Source of the DNA: Hormiphora californensis | Taxonomy: Eukaryota; Animalia; Ctenophora | Direction of reading: 5' to 3' | Assembly (NCBI GenBank): GCA_020137815.1 | Contig: CM035360.1 | Location: forward strand, 62,001-126,000 | Length of the DNA stretch: 64,000 nucleotides | In this document: positions 27,689-40,427 of the stretch, piece by piece | Layout of the letters: every line of letters starts with the position of its first letter | Numbering within the stretch: the first letter of the stretch is position 1 | Program-made: the position numbers and the translations under genes | The notes under the pieces: generated by a model | Database searches by the model: none | What the model was told of the DNA's origin: nothing | The model's input: only the letters and a program-made list of their open reading frames with translations

Positions 27689-28983
27689 GGGGGGGGGCCC
27701 GCGTGAATTTAATATCCATGTCCTAAATAAACTCGTCTGACTTTAATGTCCCTGGGACATTAAAGGACATTAAAAGACATTAAAAGACATTAAAGGACAT
27801 TTAATTAAAACATGAATTTACAGCTATTATTAAACTAAAATGGTGTTTTCAACCACTTAATATTTACTTCTAATGTCCCCTCTATCGATTCCAACCAATA
27901 CCATAGATGTTGGGGGTGATTAAGCCTCATTTTAGGGTGGCCCTGTACCTCTAAGCGAACCCCGGAAATTTTGAAGTTTTGGACTAAATGTCAAGGTTTT
28001 AAAGTGAAAATAGCCCCGATTTTGATGAAACTCAGTCAGAATGGTCTTTGATGTCTAATTAGAAGTCAAATCCTAAATTTAGGTTTTTTTAGGTTTTTTA
28101 GGTTTTTTGGCTTTTATGGGTTTCAGGAACGTCCTAGAACAAAATAAATAGAATCATCTTTCTCAGCGTGAAATTATGCATCGATCATAGTGGCTGTAAA
28201 CCTTTCTATGACGTAGTCGTAAGGTTCAAGAGTTATCCCAAAAAACCAAACGGGTATGATTCATGTGGTAAGGTTTTTTAGGTTTTATTCGTTACACAGA
28301 CATCGCAGATCAATATACGTCGATTGAGTACCTATAACATGCTGTTCTGACAAGAGGTTCGCCCGTTAGCCTAAAACATGTACCCGCCCCTATAACATGT
28401 ACCCGTTTGGGATAACTACGTCATAGAAAGGTTTATAGCCACTAAAATCGATACAGAATTTCACGCTGAGAAAGATGAGTCTATTCATTTTGTTCTAGGA
28501 CGTTCCTGAAACCCATAAAAACCTAAAAATCGTAAATTTAGGAGTTGAGCACTAAATTTTTTTTGACACCAAACACTATTCTGACCAAGTTTCATCAAAA
28601 TCGGGGCTGTTCTCTCTCACTCTAAAGCCTTCGGTGTCTTTTCTACTCGTTTCATAAGATGATTTTGAGATATCGTCTAGGCTTGAAATATGCATGTATG
28701 TAAAAAAGGTACCGCACCCACGCCCCACGCAAAAGCAAGCCTAATCACCAGTGAACATTTATGACATTCATTGGAATCGAAAGATGGGACCTTTAGTAGT
28801 ACATTGGTGGTAAACATGTTTGGTAACACATTTTGGAATGGTTTATGGAAGTTATAATTTAATGTCTTTTAATGTCTTATAATGTCCTTTAATGTCTTTT
28901 AATGTCCTAAATAAACACGGACAATTTAATGTCCCAAAAATCGAGGGACATTAAAGGACATTTTAATACGCGGGCCCCCCCCC
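27689..28983. mobile_element. Poly-G/poly-C-ended TIR element with internal foldback
   Basis: AGTGGGT|G9CCCGCGT...ACGCGGGC9|AGTGGGT; TTAAAGGACA 10-mers near both ends; internal inverted arms ~28012-28245 and 28400-28610. Confidence 0.85.
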
Positions 28984-30304
28984 AGTGGGTGTGTTTATCA
29001 GGCTCCCCTTCTCAGTCTCCGATCCCCGCCATTCCCCTCCGACCCCCCATATCCCTCTGTTCCCTCCCCAACATGGACCAGATCGGAGTGGAGAGGGGGA
29101 GAGATCCTGGTATATATCTGGTTTATGAAGAAGAGTAATGATTGAGTTGATCTATGTGTTGTATGTGATATGTTGAGAGTATACCATCTTGATTCTGGTT
29201 TTACAAAGAGTGAGAGAGGAGTGAAGGAGAGAGGGTGAGTGTGAGGTGTGTGAGAGACATGTGTGTTTTGGTGTGACTCACACCAAATCACACACCGTGT
29301 GAGCGAGGTGTGATGTGTGTGTTTTGGTGTGAGCGAGGTGTGATGTGTGTTTTCTCAATATACCTTTTGATTCCTTTAACACGTTGTGTTAGCATGGGGT
29401 GAGTGAGTGTGAGTGGTGTGACGTCATAACAAAGTGACGTCACACCATCTCTCTCATGTCCCCCCTGCTACTACAACAACTCTACAAGTACAGTGATATA
29501 TTGATGATATGAAACTACACATGATTCTACACATGATATGAAACTACACATGATTCTTCCTTTTTTGTTCCACTTGTGAATTGAGCCGTGTTTTATTTTG
29601 GGGAGAACGGGGTAAAGGGGACCAGGGTGGGAGACATGGAGCCGGAGAGGGATGGGGATGTCAGTGGTCAAAATAAAACGCACCATATCTAAAGGAAAAG
29701 TTAACTCTACTTTAATAAGATACAAGGGGATACAAAATACATACACTCAAAATAATCTCTAAATAGTTCATTTCATAGCAGAAAGCCCATAGTAATAATC
29801 TCTTTACATAGCGACAAAATATAAGATAAAATAAGATACATTGTAGTAAATAAAGAACTAAATAGGACCACTGTATAGAATTCAGTCCAGTGTCCACCAA
29901 ACAACTAAACCACTACCACACAGCCTCACATAACAGCACCTCATGCTCTAGTCAGCCACGAGCCGTGCAATACTCTCTAGTCAGCTACTAGTCGAGCATT
30001 ACTCCAAGCCGTCCTAATGACTTTCTCAACTTTGTGTGCTTCAGGGTGAATTAGCTCGTGTTGGGATGTATCCTCAGGTTTCGAGTCTCCCTGATCTCCC
30101 GCATACACAATCAGTTCCTGGAAGGGAGAGGTGTGTCAGGGATATCATACAATGGGGGGACTCTCTTGGCATGCTCTGTTTGGGGCAAAGTACAAATACA
30201 ATCCAGCAGGGTGCTTCTTTTTGGGGGAAAACAGAAGATTTGAAACGAAAAAGATTTGAAAAAGGGGTGCTGGGCATTCACACGCAATAAAGTAGCAAAC
30301 TGCA

Positions 30305-30545
30305 CTCTCTCTCTGCTAGCAACACATATATAGCAACCACTCTCTCTGCTAGCAACACACATAGCAACCACTCTCTCTGCTAGCAACACACATAGCAACC
30401 ACTCTCTCTGCTAGAAACCACTCTGCTAGCAACCACTCTCTCTGCTAGCAATACACATAACAACCACTCTCTCTGCTAGCAACACACATAGCAACCACTC
30501 TCTCTGCTAGCAACACACATAGCAACCTCACCCTGCTAGCAACAT
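30305..30545. repeat. ~31-bp minisatellite
   Basis: CACTCTCTCTGCTAGCAACACACATAGCAAC units. Confidence 0.9.
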
Positions 30546-30574
30546 ATAATAGCACACACTCGCTCACTCACACA

Positions 30575-32584
30575 CTACTCCGCCACAAGTCTCGCATTGC
30601 TCCACGCAGTTCGAACTATCGTCTCCACTTGGTCGGCCTCAGGATGAGCCAGAAGATGTGCGGCACCCCATGGTTGTCCCATTACCGGGGCCTTGTCATT
30701 CTCTTCATCATGTTTCTGGGCCAGCCCCTCCGCCTTTTGGTCCGCGAACATATGCAGTTCCTGTTGGGGTCACACACACTCACAGTTCATACATTGTACA
30801 CAAGGGAGGGGTGCTTTAAAGGAGGTCAAATAAGGGAATGCAAAGCAAGGAAGTTTTAATGTGTTGTTGTGTCGTCTGTTTTGCTCCCTCCAGCATCCTT
30901 TGCGATACTGTACGTATTGTCATTGTCATGTGATTGTGGTCTGAACTTACGTGAGATTGACAGAAACAGGCACAGTTGTTCTTTGTTCGCAGTTCAATGT
31001 CCTTCAGGAACCGGAAATCAATGTATTCCTGGGTCACTGAAAATTGAATGGAATTAGGGATCTGGGGGCAATTAGGAAGTTGGGGGGCAAATTAGGGATT
31101 TGAACCTTGATCAATTTCAAATCGAATGGGGGTGGAAAAATATTCCCACGGACTGGGTTCTACCGCGCGCGGTCTATACACACTCGCGCGACTACCATTA
31201 CATCGACCACACCGCGCGTTACTACTAAGTAATTCAGGCACTACTCGGCTCCGTGTGTTTACAGACCGGATACACAGTGCTAATTTGCAAAAGCAGCTCT
31301 TTCTGGGTGTGCAGTGTGTCGCCAGGCAGATTTACAATACACTTGATAGGAGACGGCTCATTGGTCTACTATTATTACTCTGTAATTTCTGAACAATTCA
31401 AAGAGAATATTTCTTGACGAATATACCTCACACAATGCATCCCTGTATATTTCCCTCCCCTACTCCAATACCTCCCCTCCACCTATCCCTCTACAGTCCA
31501 CACCCCATACCTCCCATGTACCTGTGTTGCACCCCCACCTCAACTCCCCCACCCCCTACTTATAATACCTGTGGTGAACCAGCTGCAGGGAGGTACGATC
31601 CTATAGAATATTCCCTGTCCAGTAATCCCACCTATCCCTCTACACCCCCTCTATAACACCCCCCCCCTCTATAACACCCCACCCCTATAATACCTGTGGT
31701 GAACCAGCTGCAGGGAGGTACGATCCTATAGAATATTCCCTGTCCAGTAATCCTCCATTGTTTCCTGGTAATACAACATGGACAACAGATTCTGGCACAA
31801 CACTGACCACAGTCCTCGCTGTATTGCAGACCAGGGGCGGGGGTCTCACCTTGCCACAATGTCGCCATCTTATCTGACTCAATCTAAAGGGGGGGGGGTA
31901 CCGTCAGTGAGTAGTCTAGAGGGGACGAGTGGGTCCACAGTTTGGGGGTATTCATGTTTGGGGCCAACATCATGATCACAGTGTGGGCTCCACAGTGTGG
32001 GCCCCGCGATGAGTTGTGAGGAAACTGTACCTTCTTTTTGCGGAGTAGTTTCAGGTAAGATAGGACCATGAGCCTATCTCCAATAACATTCACCCCCATC
32101 TCAACCAGATTGGGTTCCTCCAGCATCAGTAACACCTAGATTGACATTAGATGGTGGTATCATGGGGTCTGAGGGTTTGTGGAAATGATGAAACGATGAT
32201 TAATGATTTGATCGATCTGTCCAATATCCACTGCAGTATGATACTATCGTGGGTATCTGTGGTGACGAATGACCAACCTTTCCATTGATGTTGTTAACTG
32301 TAAAATTCTCAATGAGATAGTGAAACTGGCACCGTTCCAGAAACTGACTGCACACCTCCGCAGTAGTCCATTCTGAAATACATTTGATAATAACCAGCAT
32401 GCTATAGTAGCGTGTCGAGATAGATATAGGTCCTTCAAGCTGGTCAAAGGAAAAGTGAAACACGGTGATTTTATTGTTTCAAGTGATGCTACTTACTTCC
32501 AATTTCACTGGGATCTAGGTGCAGAAGGTATTCCTCTATCTCCTTAGTGTTAGTAGGGCCACCAGGTTGAGATGTTATCGTCAT
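30575..32584 (-). CDS. Uncharacterised SAM-domain protein with Cys-rich C-terminal region (6 exons)
   Basis: KWTTAEVCSQFL..FTVNNINGK-VLLMLEEPNLVEMGVNVIGDRLMVL is a SAM pattern; then CGQCCARICCPCC, IDFRFLKDIEL and ..TAWSNARLVAE*; all introns GT-AG and in phase. Confidence 0.8.
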
Positions 32585-33201
32585 ATTGTCTATAGAAGGA
32601 ATTAGTAAGGTTTGTGGAGTTATTGTCATACTGTGTGTCTCTACATTTACATAGAAGGAATTTGTAAGGTATGTTGCGACGGGGTATTTTATGGGGGTTA
32701 CAACCTTTCAAGCTACAACTAGGAATGGGATTTGATTACCTTTTAAGGGAACTGGGATACCTCTAAGTACCGAATATTGTATTGGATTAGGCCTCAGCTA
32801 TGTGCTGTCAGCAGCTTCTATGTTAAGACACCAGTATACCCCCCCCCCCCCCCCCGATCTAGACGGGTCCAGACAATGGATAACTACTTGACAAGCAGGC
32901 CCCCAATATACAGGGCCATTATATTCAGAGCGATGGTCTCATGTGTCCCAATTGTGGGTCGACCCATTGTTTAAATCTTTAGTGTGAGATAGTCGGAACA
33001 AGATAAGGCCACGACACATTGTTCTATTCATAACCACCAACTAGTTATAAAGGGAGGTCTCATGTTATAAACAGCGTGACAAAGGGAACAGGCCACTAGG
33101 ACGCTATAGAGCCAACATTGTTCTATTTCATATCCTTTGTCTCTCTCTCTCTCCCTTTCTTTCTCTATCTCTCTCTCTCCGCCGACTGTCTCCCCATCAC
33201 C

Positions 33202-33208
33202 TATAAAA
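33202..33208 (+). promoter_or_regulatory. Putative TATA box of the chitinase gene
   Basis: TATAAAA about 40 nt upstream of the ATG, with no AG acceptor in between. Confidence 0.5.
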
Positions 33209-33242
33209 ACACCACTCTCACACCATCACACACACTCTCGTT

Positions 33243-36200
33243 ATGTTTTGTTTACTATCACTGCTAGTGGCGGTGGTGCCAATTATATCTGGTTTTGACT
33301 GTCCCACACCTAATGGCAGATTTACAAACCCCGCTGACTGTTCCAACTTCTACAACTGTGGTCATGGAGTTGCCTACCTGACCCCCTGCCCAGCTGGGAC
33401 ACTTTGGGATGATTCACTGAAAAACGTAAGTATAACTATTTAGAGTATCTTTTGTGGAATTTAATTGAACTAGCCGCTAATGTAAATTAATTGCTTCCAG
33501 TCCTTGGCAACCGAACTTGATCTGTAACAGTAAAGGAAATCCGGGCACTGGACAGTTACAATTAAAGTTACAACAAGCAATGATCTAACAAAACGCTTCA
33601 AAAACAACAAGTATCTAATGATTATTTACACGTGCTTGTTAGCCTGAATCAGCTAGTTCTATACCATGGTGTGTGTCAGCCTAGCAAGGAATAATATGAA
33701 ACATAGCAGACAGATACACTAAAAAAACAGGAAGATTAGTGGGATTAATGACAATATTAGCGTCATTAATGACAATATTAGTGTGATTAATGACAAGATT
33801 AGTGGGATTAATGACAATATTAGCGTCATTAATGACAATATTAGTGTGATTAATGACAAGATTAGTGTGATTAATTACAATATTAGTGTGATTAATGACA
33901 AGATTAGTGTGATTAATTACAATATTAGTGTGATTAATGACAATATTAGTGTGATTAATGACAAGATTAGTGTGATTAATGGCAAGATTAGCGTGCTATA
34001 ATGTCATTCAGAATAGTCGAACCCAACTAAGTCTGTGCTGCTGATATAGGGGGGGGGTCAAAGTGTTACATAGTGTTACAAAGTGTTACATAGTGTTACA
34101 TAGTGTTACAAAGTGTTACATAGTGTTACAAAGTGTTATATAGTGTTACAAAGTGTTACATAGTGTTACAAAGTGTTACATAGTGTTACAAAGTGTTACA
34201 TAGTGTTACAAAGTGTTACATAGTGTTACAAAGTGTCACAAAGTGTTACATAGTGTCACAAAGTGTTACAAATTGTTACAAAGTGTTACAAATTGTTACA
34301 AAATATTTACAAAATATATAAGACGGTTGGTGAATAAGTAATTTGAACGACTTTGGTGTCTTTCTAGAACACATCTAAAAGTTTTAAATCATTTCTAGGG
34401 TTAAAAAATACACTTTTTTACTAATTTGCGGATGTTTTGAGCCTCTGATGGCATCGACTGTGGAAATCAGGGCTGAAATAGTGCATTTGGTAAAGAAAAA
34501 TATGAACTTTAGACAACGGTAAAGTTTTTAGAGTGATATTAAAAGTATTGTGCCTCTCAGAGGCCCCCAATGTGCTGAGTCACCTGTGAGTTGTGACCCA
34601 ATCGACTTTTTTTTCATTGGTAATCGATTCTTTGTACTTAATAAGATGATATACAACGTTTCTGTTGGAAAAAGAAATAAAACTTTTCCAAAATCAATTT
34701 TTTGGTCAAAGATTGAAAATTTGCTTCGCTACAAATCCTTGTGTTTTTGTAAATATTTTGTAACAATTTGTAACAATTTGTAACACTTTGTAACACTTTG
34801 TGACACTATGTAACACTATGTAACACTTTGTAACACTTTGTAACACTATGTAACACTTTGTAACACTATGTAACACTTTGTAACACTTTGTAACACTATG
34901 TAACACTTTGTAACACTATGTAACACTTTGTAACACTATGTAACACTTTGTAACACTTTGTGACACTATGTAACACTATGTAACACTTTGTAACACTTTG
35001 TAACACTATGTAACACTTTGTAACACTTTGTAACACTATGTAACACTTTGTAACACTATGTAACACTTTGTAACACTATGTAACACTTTGTAACACTTTG
35101 TAACACTATGTAACACTTTGTAACACTATGTAACACTTTGTAACACTATGTAACACTTTGTAACACTATGTAACACTATGTAACACTTTGTAACATGTAA
35201 CGTGCACAAAAAGTTTTCTGCACATGTTACAAAGTGTTACAAAGTGTTACGTGTCACCCCCCCCCCTGATATAACAACTGTCATTCTCTTCTCTATTACA
35301 TTCACACCTCCCAAGGCACATGTACCATCCGTTGAAAATAATATTTCATCGCTTTTCTCTAGCTCACAAACCTTTCTTCAACCCTCTCTCAGAACATAAC
35401 AAACCCTCTCTCAGAACATAAAAAACCCCCTGTTTTCTCTAAATCACAAACTCTGTTTCAGTGTAACTGGGAAAGCATGGTAACTTGTGAAACTGATGAT
35501 GGTTCTGACGACGGATCAGACGACAACTCTGACGATGGAAATGATGATGGTAAGTCGGTATACAATTATATTCATTCATTCAAATGTGTGCTTCGAAATT
35601 GTTACCCCATCGGCCACCCTGGGCTGGCCCCCACTATTTCCTTACAAAGCTGAGCTGTAACTCAAAACTGTAACAAAGATATAAATCATGTAATGTGAAT
35701 ACACTTCCAACTAATTCTATCCAACTCTACATGGAAGTGGGACTGCCACATTTGGAGGCGGGTTAAAGTTTCAACATTACAGGTTCTGATGACGGATCTG
35801 ATGATGGTAACGAGGATAACTCTGATGAAGAGGATCAGACTCTAACATGTCCCAGCGACTACGGTTTCTATGCCCATCCCTCAATGTGCAGCGATTACAT
35901 TCAGTGTGCCCACGGTGTTGCTTACAAGAAGACATGCCCAGTGGAAACTTTGTGGGACAAGAGCACCGGTTATGTAAGTTATACCTGGCAGGGGGGGGGG
36001 GGGCTACCAATGGGCAATGAGTAAACCTGTTATACACGGCAGGCAGCAGGGGCTTTCAATGAGTAAACGTGTCAACTTTTGTGACAGACATTTTAGTTGA
36101 CTTTTCTCACCTGTCACCTGTATTTCAGTGTAACAACGCTGATCAAGTAAACTGCGATGAGAAGGCTCCTACTGAGGGCCCGCAGCCTGATCCAACGGAT

Positions 36201-37829
36201 CCCATGCCAACCGAGAAACCGCAACCAGACCCAGAGCCCACAGAGAAACCAGCCCCCACGGAGGAGCCAGCACCCACTGGGGACAAGGATGTGGTGTGTT
36301 ACTTTATCAACTGGGCGTGGTACCGGACCGGCAATGGGAAATATTCAGCTGATGATGTTGACCCTACCCTGTGTACTATTGTGAACTACGCCTTCACAGT
36401 AATGACCAACAACAAGCTGACTGTCCATGACTCCTGGGCTGATATTGATGGAGGCAAGTTCTTCCAGAAAATAGTGGCACTGAAACAGGCAGCTGGATCG
36501 AAAGTTAGGAAGGTACTTGTGGCAATAGGTGGATGGAATGATAGCGCTGGTACCAAGTATTCAACCTTTGTGGCCTCTCCCTCTCTGAGAGCTGCATTCA
36601 ACTCTGACGCACTGGCATTCATCCAGAAGTGGGGATTTGATGGTTTAGATCTGGACTGGGAATATCCAGCATGCCCCCAGGGATCCTGCAACTCTGCCGC
36701 TGACAAGGAAAACTTTGCCACCTGGGTCGGAGAACTGAAGGCTGCCTTTAAACCTCATGGCCTACTAGTTACCGCTGCAGTATCCGCATCTCCTACCATC
36801 ATTGATGCGGGGTACGATGTCCTTTCCCTGGCTCAGAACCTTGATTATCTGAACATCATGTCTTATGATTTCCATGGGTCCTGGGAGAGTGTGACCGGCC
36901 ATAACAGCCCCCTGTATAGTTGTGGAGATGGGGATGTGACTAATACAGATACCGCAGTGAAGTACTGGATCAGTAAGGGGTTCCCGGCTAACAAGATTCA
37001 GATGGGTTTGGGTATATACGGGAGGTCATTTACCCTGTCCAACTCTGCTAACAATGGAATCGGAGCTGCTGCCAGTGGTGGAGGAAGTGCAGGTAATTAC
37101 AGTTAATTAATTAGTAATTATCTGACATACCACCGCCTTTCCGTCAGTGAAGTGTGGAAAATCTAGTTCTGCCTGGTTATGATCCTTACTTGTAGACGTA
37201 AATACAATTAAAAACCATTTCCCCTATCAGGTCAGTGGACAGGCCAGGCAGGGTACATGGGTTATCATGAGATCTGTGTGAACATCAAGACCAATGGGTG
37301 GACCAAGGTAAAGGGATCTGACTGTACAGTGGGACCCCACGCCTACAAAGGGAACCAGTGGGTCGGATTTGATGATCTGGAGACTGTAAAAACCAAGGTA
37401 ATATTAGATTGAGGCAACAGATAGATAGAGGACTGAAAACAACATGATAATAGAAATTGTACAAAATTAAATGATCATGTTACAAAGGATCGTGGAGCAC
37501 AGAGCACAGAGCACATCTGTGCTCCGTGCTTACACACATGTACCTATAATGTGGTGTCCAGTGTCCACCATTTGGAAAGAGAGGGCGAGATAAATAAGAC
37601 TGTCGATTAGATCATTATGACATCTCGTAAAGCCCATTTTACCACTTACTGGTTACCCCCATTAACTAACATGCCCCGTACTATATTTCAGATGGACTAT
37701 ATCAAGGAGATGGGTCTAGCTGGTGGTATGGTGTGGGATGTGAGTATGGATGACTTCAGGAACCTCTGTGGGGATGGAAAGAATCCCTTCCTGACCACCA
37801 TGATGACGGAACTTAACGGTGCTCAATAG
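33243..37829 (+). CDS. Secreted GH18 chitinase with two N-terminal CBM14 chitin-binding domains
   Basis: Signal peptide; two 6-Cys CBM14 modules; acidic and Pro/Thr linkers; VVCYFINWAWYR, VAIGGWND, catalytic FDGLDLDWEYP, MSYDFHG and GGMVW; 6 exons. Confidence 0.95.
33733..33995. repeat. 21-bp intronic minisatellite
   Basis: ATTAGTGTGATTAATGACAA(G/T) about 12 times. Confidence 0.95.
34049..35266. mobile_element. Poly-G/poly-C-ended foldback element with inverted 10-bp arrays
   Basis: TGATATA|G9...C10|TGATATA; (AGTGTTACA[A/T])n on the left and (TGTAACACT[A/T])n on the right. Confidence 0.88.
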
Positions 37830-38138
37830 ATGGTCCTCTAGTCCCTGACGTGGCACACATACCCCAGATCCCTGTCAACATCAACTCAGCTCTAGTCTGA
37901 CACATGCCACTGAGAACTATTCTCCTTGGTGATCTTGTTGAATATTTGAAGATTTGTTTGTGATTGAACCGTTCCTACCAGGGATCGCGAGGGAGACGAA
38001 CAGTTTAAATATGTGAGAGAGACCTCAGGTCCGATATGTCTCAGAGAGACAGTTGTAAATATTATAGTGATGAGATTGTTTTTAGTGAGTGAAACATTGT
38101 AAAAACTCCCCTCAGCATTTTAAATCTCGTTATATTAA

Positions 38139-39279
38139 TTAGCAAGCAATTAAATACACATCACTAGCCAGTTTCCCTCCATTGCCTCCCTTACACCCTT
38201 TAGAGGGGCCATACTTGGCATAGGTTTCAATCGCATTAAATCCACCATAGCAAGCGCCACCCTGTACAGCGATCACAGACGAGCCTGAAAGGGGGGAGAG
38301 AGGTGGCAGAGAGGGTAGGCGGACTCTAGTGCTACACTCTAAGTCTACAGTGGACTCTATATCTAAATTTAGATTTAGATAAAGAGTCCAAATAAGTCTA
38401 AACTCTAGGAGGACTCTATGTCTAAAAAGTCTACACAGGGCGGACTCTTTATCTAAAAAGTCTACAAAGGGCGGACTCTATATCTACATAAATCTAAATT
38501 AGACATAGAGTCCGCCATTCTCAGCGAACTCGAGATTTCGGCCGTTAGGCCGGAAACGAGAGTTTGCTGTACCTCTATACTAATTTAGAAGTGTTAGGGC
38601 CATTATTTGGGTTCGAGGTTAGGGTTAGGGTGATGGTTAGGGTTAGGTTTTGGGTTGGTTTAGGATTTTAGACATAGAGTCCGGGTTGGGGGATTTGGCG
38701 CCAAAATGTACCAGGGGACTCTATGTCTAAAAAGTCTACACAGGGCGGACTCTATGTCTAAAAAGTCTACATTGGGCGGACTCTTTATCTATACTTTTTC
38801 CAAAGTCTAACTGCAGATAAAGAGTCCGCTTTTAGGTATAGAGTCCGCCTTGAATTTAGATAAAGAGTCCGTTAGCACTAGAGTCCGCCCACCGGCAGAG
38901 AGAGGGGGAGAGAGAGAGAGAGGGGAGGGGAGTTGGTCCACCCCTGCACCACCTCCTATAAGGGACAGGTAAAGGAAAATAGTTCTCGAGTTTTGTATTG
39001 TAATATTGTATTGACACTGTATCTTCGTATATACTGTGGAGGAAGGAAGAATAAGTACGCAGTAGATTCGGGAAACTAAAAGATAGAGGGATTACCTTTC
39101 TTTTTTGCAGCAGCTCTGCATCCATCCAGACCTCCCTTCACCTTCCCTAGGGATGGTACAGCCCTGGCCTTGGCGTTGTCCTTCCAACAACCCACAGACT
39201 CAAGGCATTTGTGCTTCTTAGCCAGTGCCATAACCACCAACACTGCACATACTACTACAAGGCTGCTGAACCGCATCAT
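38139..39279 (-). CDS. Small secreted cationic protein with a single WSC-like domain (~110 aa, 2 exons)
   Basis: Exons 39279-39096 and 38284-38139: signal peptide, GCWKD..RAV, C.AAA.KKG.SVIAVQGGAC, TYAKYGPS.GC.GG.GG..ASDVY. Confidence 0.8.
38314..38893. mobile_element. MITE with 9-bp TSD and internal telomere-like repeats
   Basis: GGCAGAGAG|GGTAGGCGGACTCTAGTGCTA...TAGCACTAGAGTCCGCCCACC|GGCAGAGAG; many GGACTCTA subterminal motifs. Confidence 0.92.
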
Positions 39280-39519
39280 GTAAAATATAGGACACAAAAT
39301 AGAGAGAGAGGGAGGTGTGAGACTGAAAATGATACCACCTACTGTATCCTGCAGTCTCCACCGGCCACCACGGTGAGGACATGATACCCCCTACAAGCTA
39401 CAACATGTTGCAACATATCTAAACCGTCATGCAGTATGCACTACATATTATACATGTTGTACATGTCAAACAGATAAAAGATAGCCACGATATCGTCCAA
39501 ACCCCTAAAATTACGATTT

Positions 39520-40098
39520 GGGGGGGGGGGTCCAGCCCTAAAAAAAGCTAAGCCATCTGCCAAAATCAGGGTACCTTTAGCTTTTTTTAGCTTTTTTTAG
39601 CCTTTTTTAGCTTTTTTAGCTTATTTTAGCTTTTTTTAGGCTAAAAAAAGCTAAAAAAAGCTAAAAAAAAAGCTAAAATTGAGTTTTTAGTGGATTCATA
39701 TAGGTTCGAATCCCGCTGATGCCAAATTTTTTAAACTTTTATTGTAACGTTTTATAACGTTTTTTTGAACTTTTTTAAAACTATTTTTATCAAATTTGAA
39801 TATTATTTTTATCGAAAAAATGTCTCCAGAAAATGGCAGTAGGGGTGGATACAGAAATTGCTATGTATGGACATAAACGGTAGATTATGGTAAAAAAATG
39901 TGCAGGAAATGAACAAATGCAGTCAATAGACGTCCGGAAGGATGAAAATTTAATGGAAAAGTGTCAAGATGAATGCTGAAAAAACATAAAAAGTAGGGCT
40001 AAAAAAAGCTAAAAAAAGCCAACATAAAAAAAGCCATCGACCAAAATCAGGTTACCTTTAGCTTTTTTTAGGGCTGGACCCCCCCCCCCCCCTCCCCC
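39520..40098. mobile_element. Poly-G/poly-C-ended TIR element
   Basis: G11TCCAGCCCTAAAAAAA...TTTTAGGGCTGGAC(C)n; CGATTT flanks; (TTTTTTAGCT)n 10-mers. Confidence 0.85.
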
Positions 40099-40427
40099 GA
40101 TTTATACGTTCTAAGTTCTAACACACTGGTACCACTAGCCTCATTGGACTGTTCAATGCATTGTGTACTGAATGTATAACCTAACCCCCCTCATAGAACC
40201 CATTCGAGCCCATCTTGCACACACTTGCTATGTTCTAACCCTCCCGAAACACAGTCTAGCCAGGCAAGTACACACAGTTTCTCTCGATATTCCGCCAGTC
40301 TTCTTTGTATTTCACAGCATTACCCATGACCCCAAGATACTACTGCAGCAGCACACTCCTTCACAGGGTACATCTCCCTTTCTACTGCAGAAACCTGACT
40401 CCGAAACAGATAACCATTTTCCTTGCT

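Noticed and set aside
38616-38665. True telomere or chromosome-fusion scar
   Set aside because: Short degenerate TTAGGG tract internal to a TSD-flanked MITE
39703-39724. tRNA gene (GGTTCGAATCCCGCTGATGCCA)
   Set aside because: Only a T-arm/B-box fragment inside a TIR element; no cloverleaf
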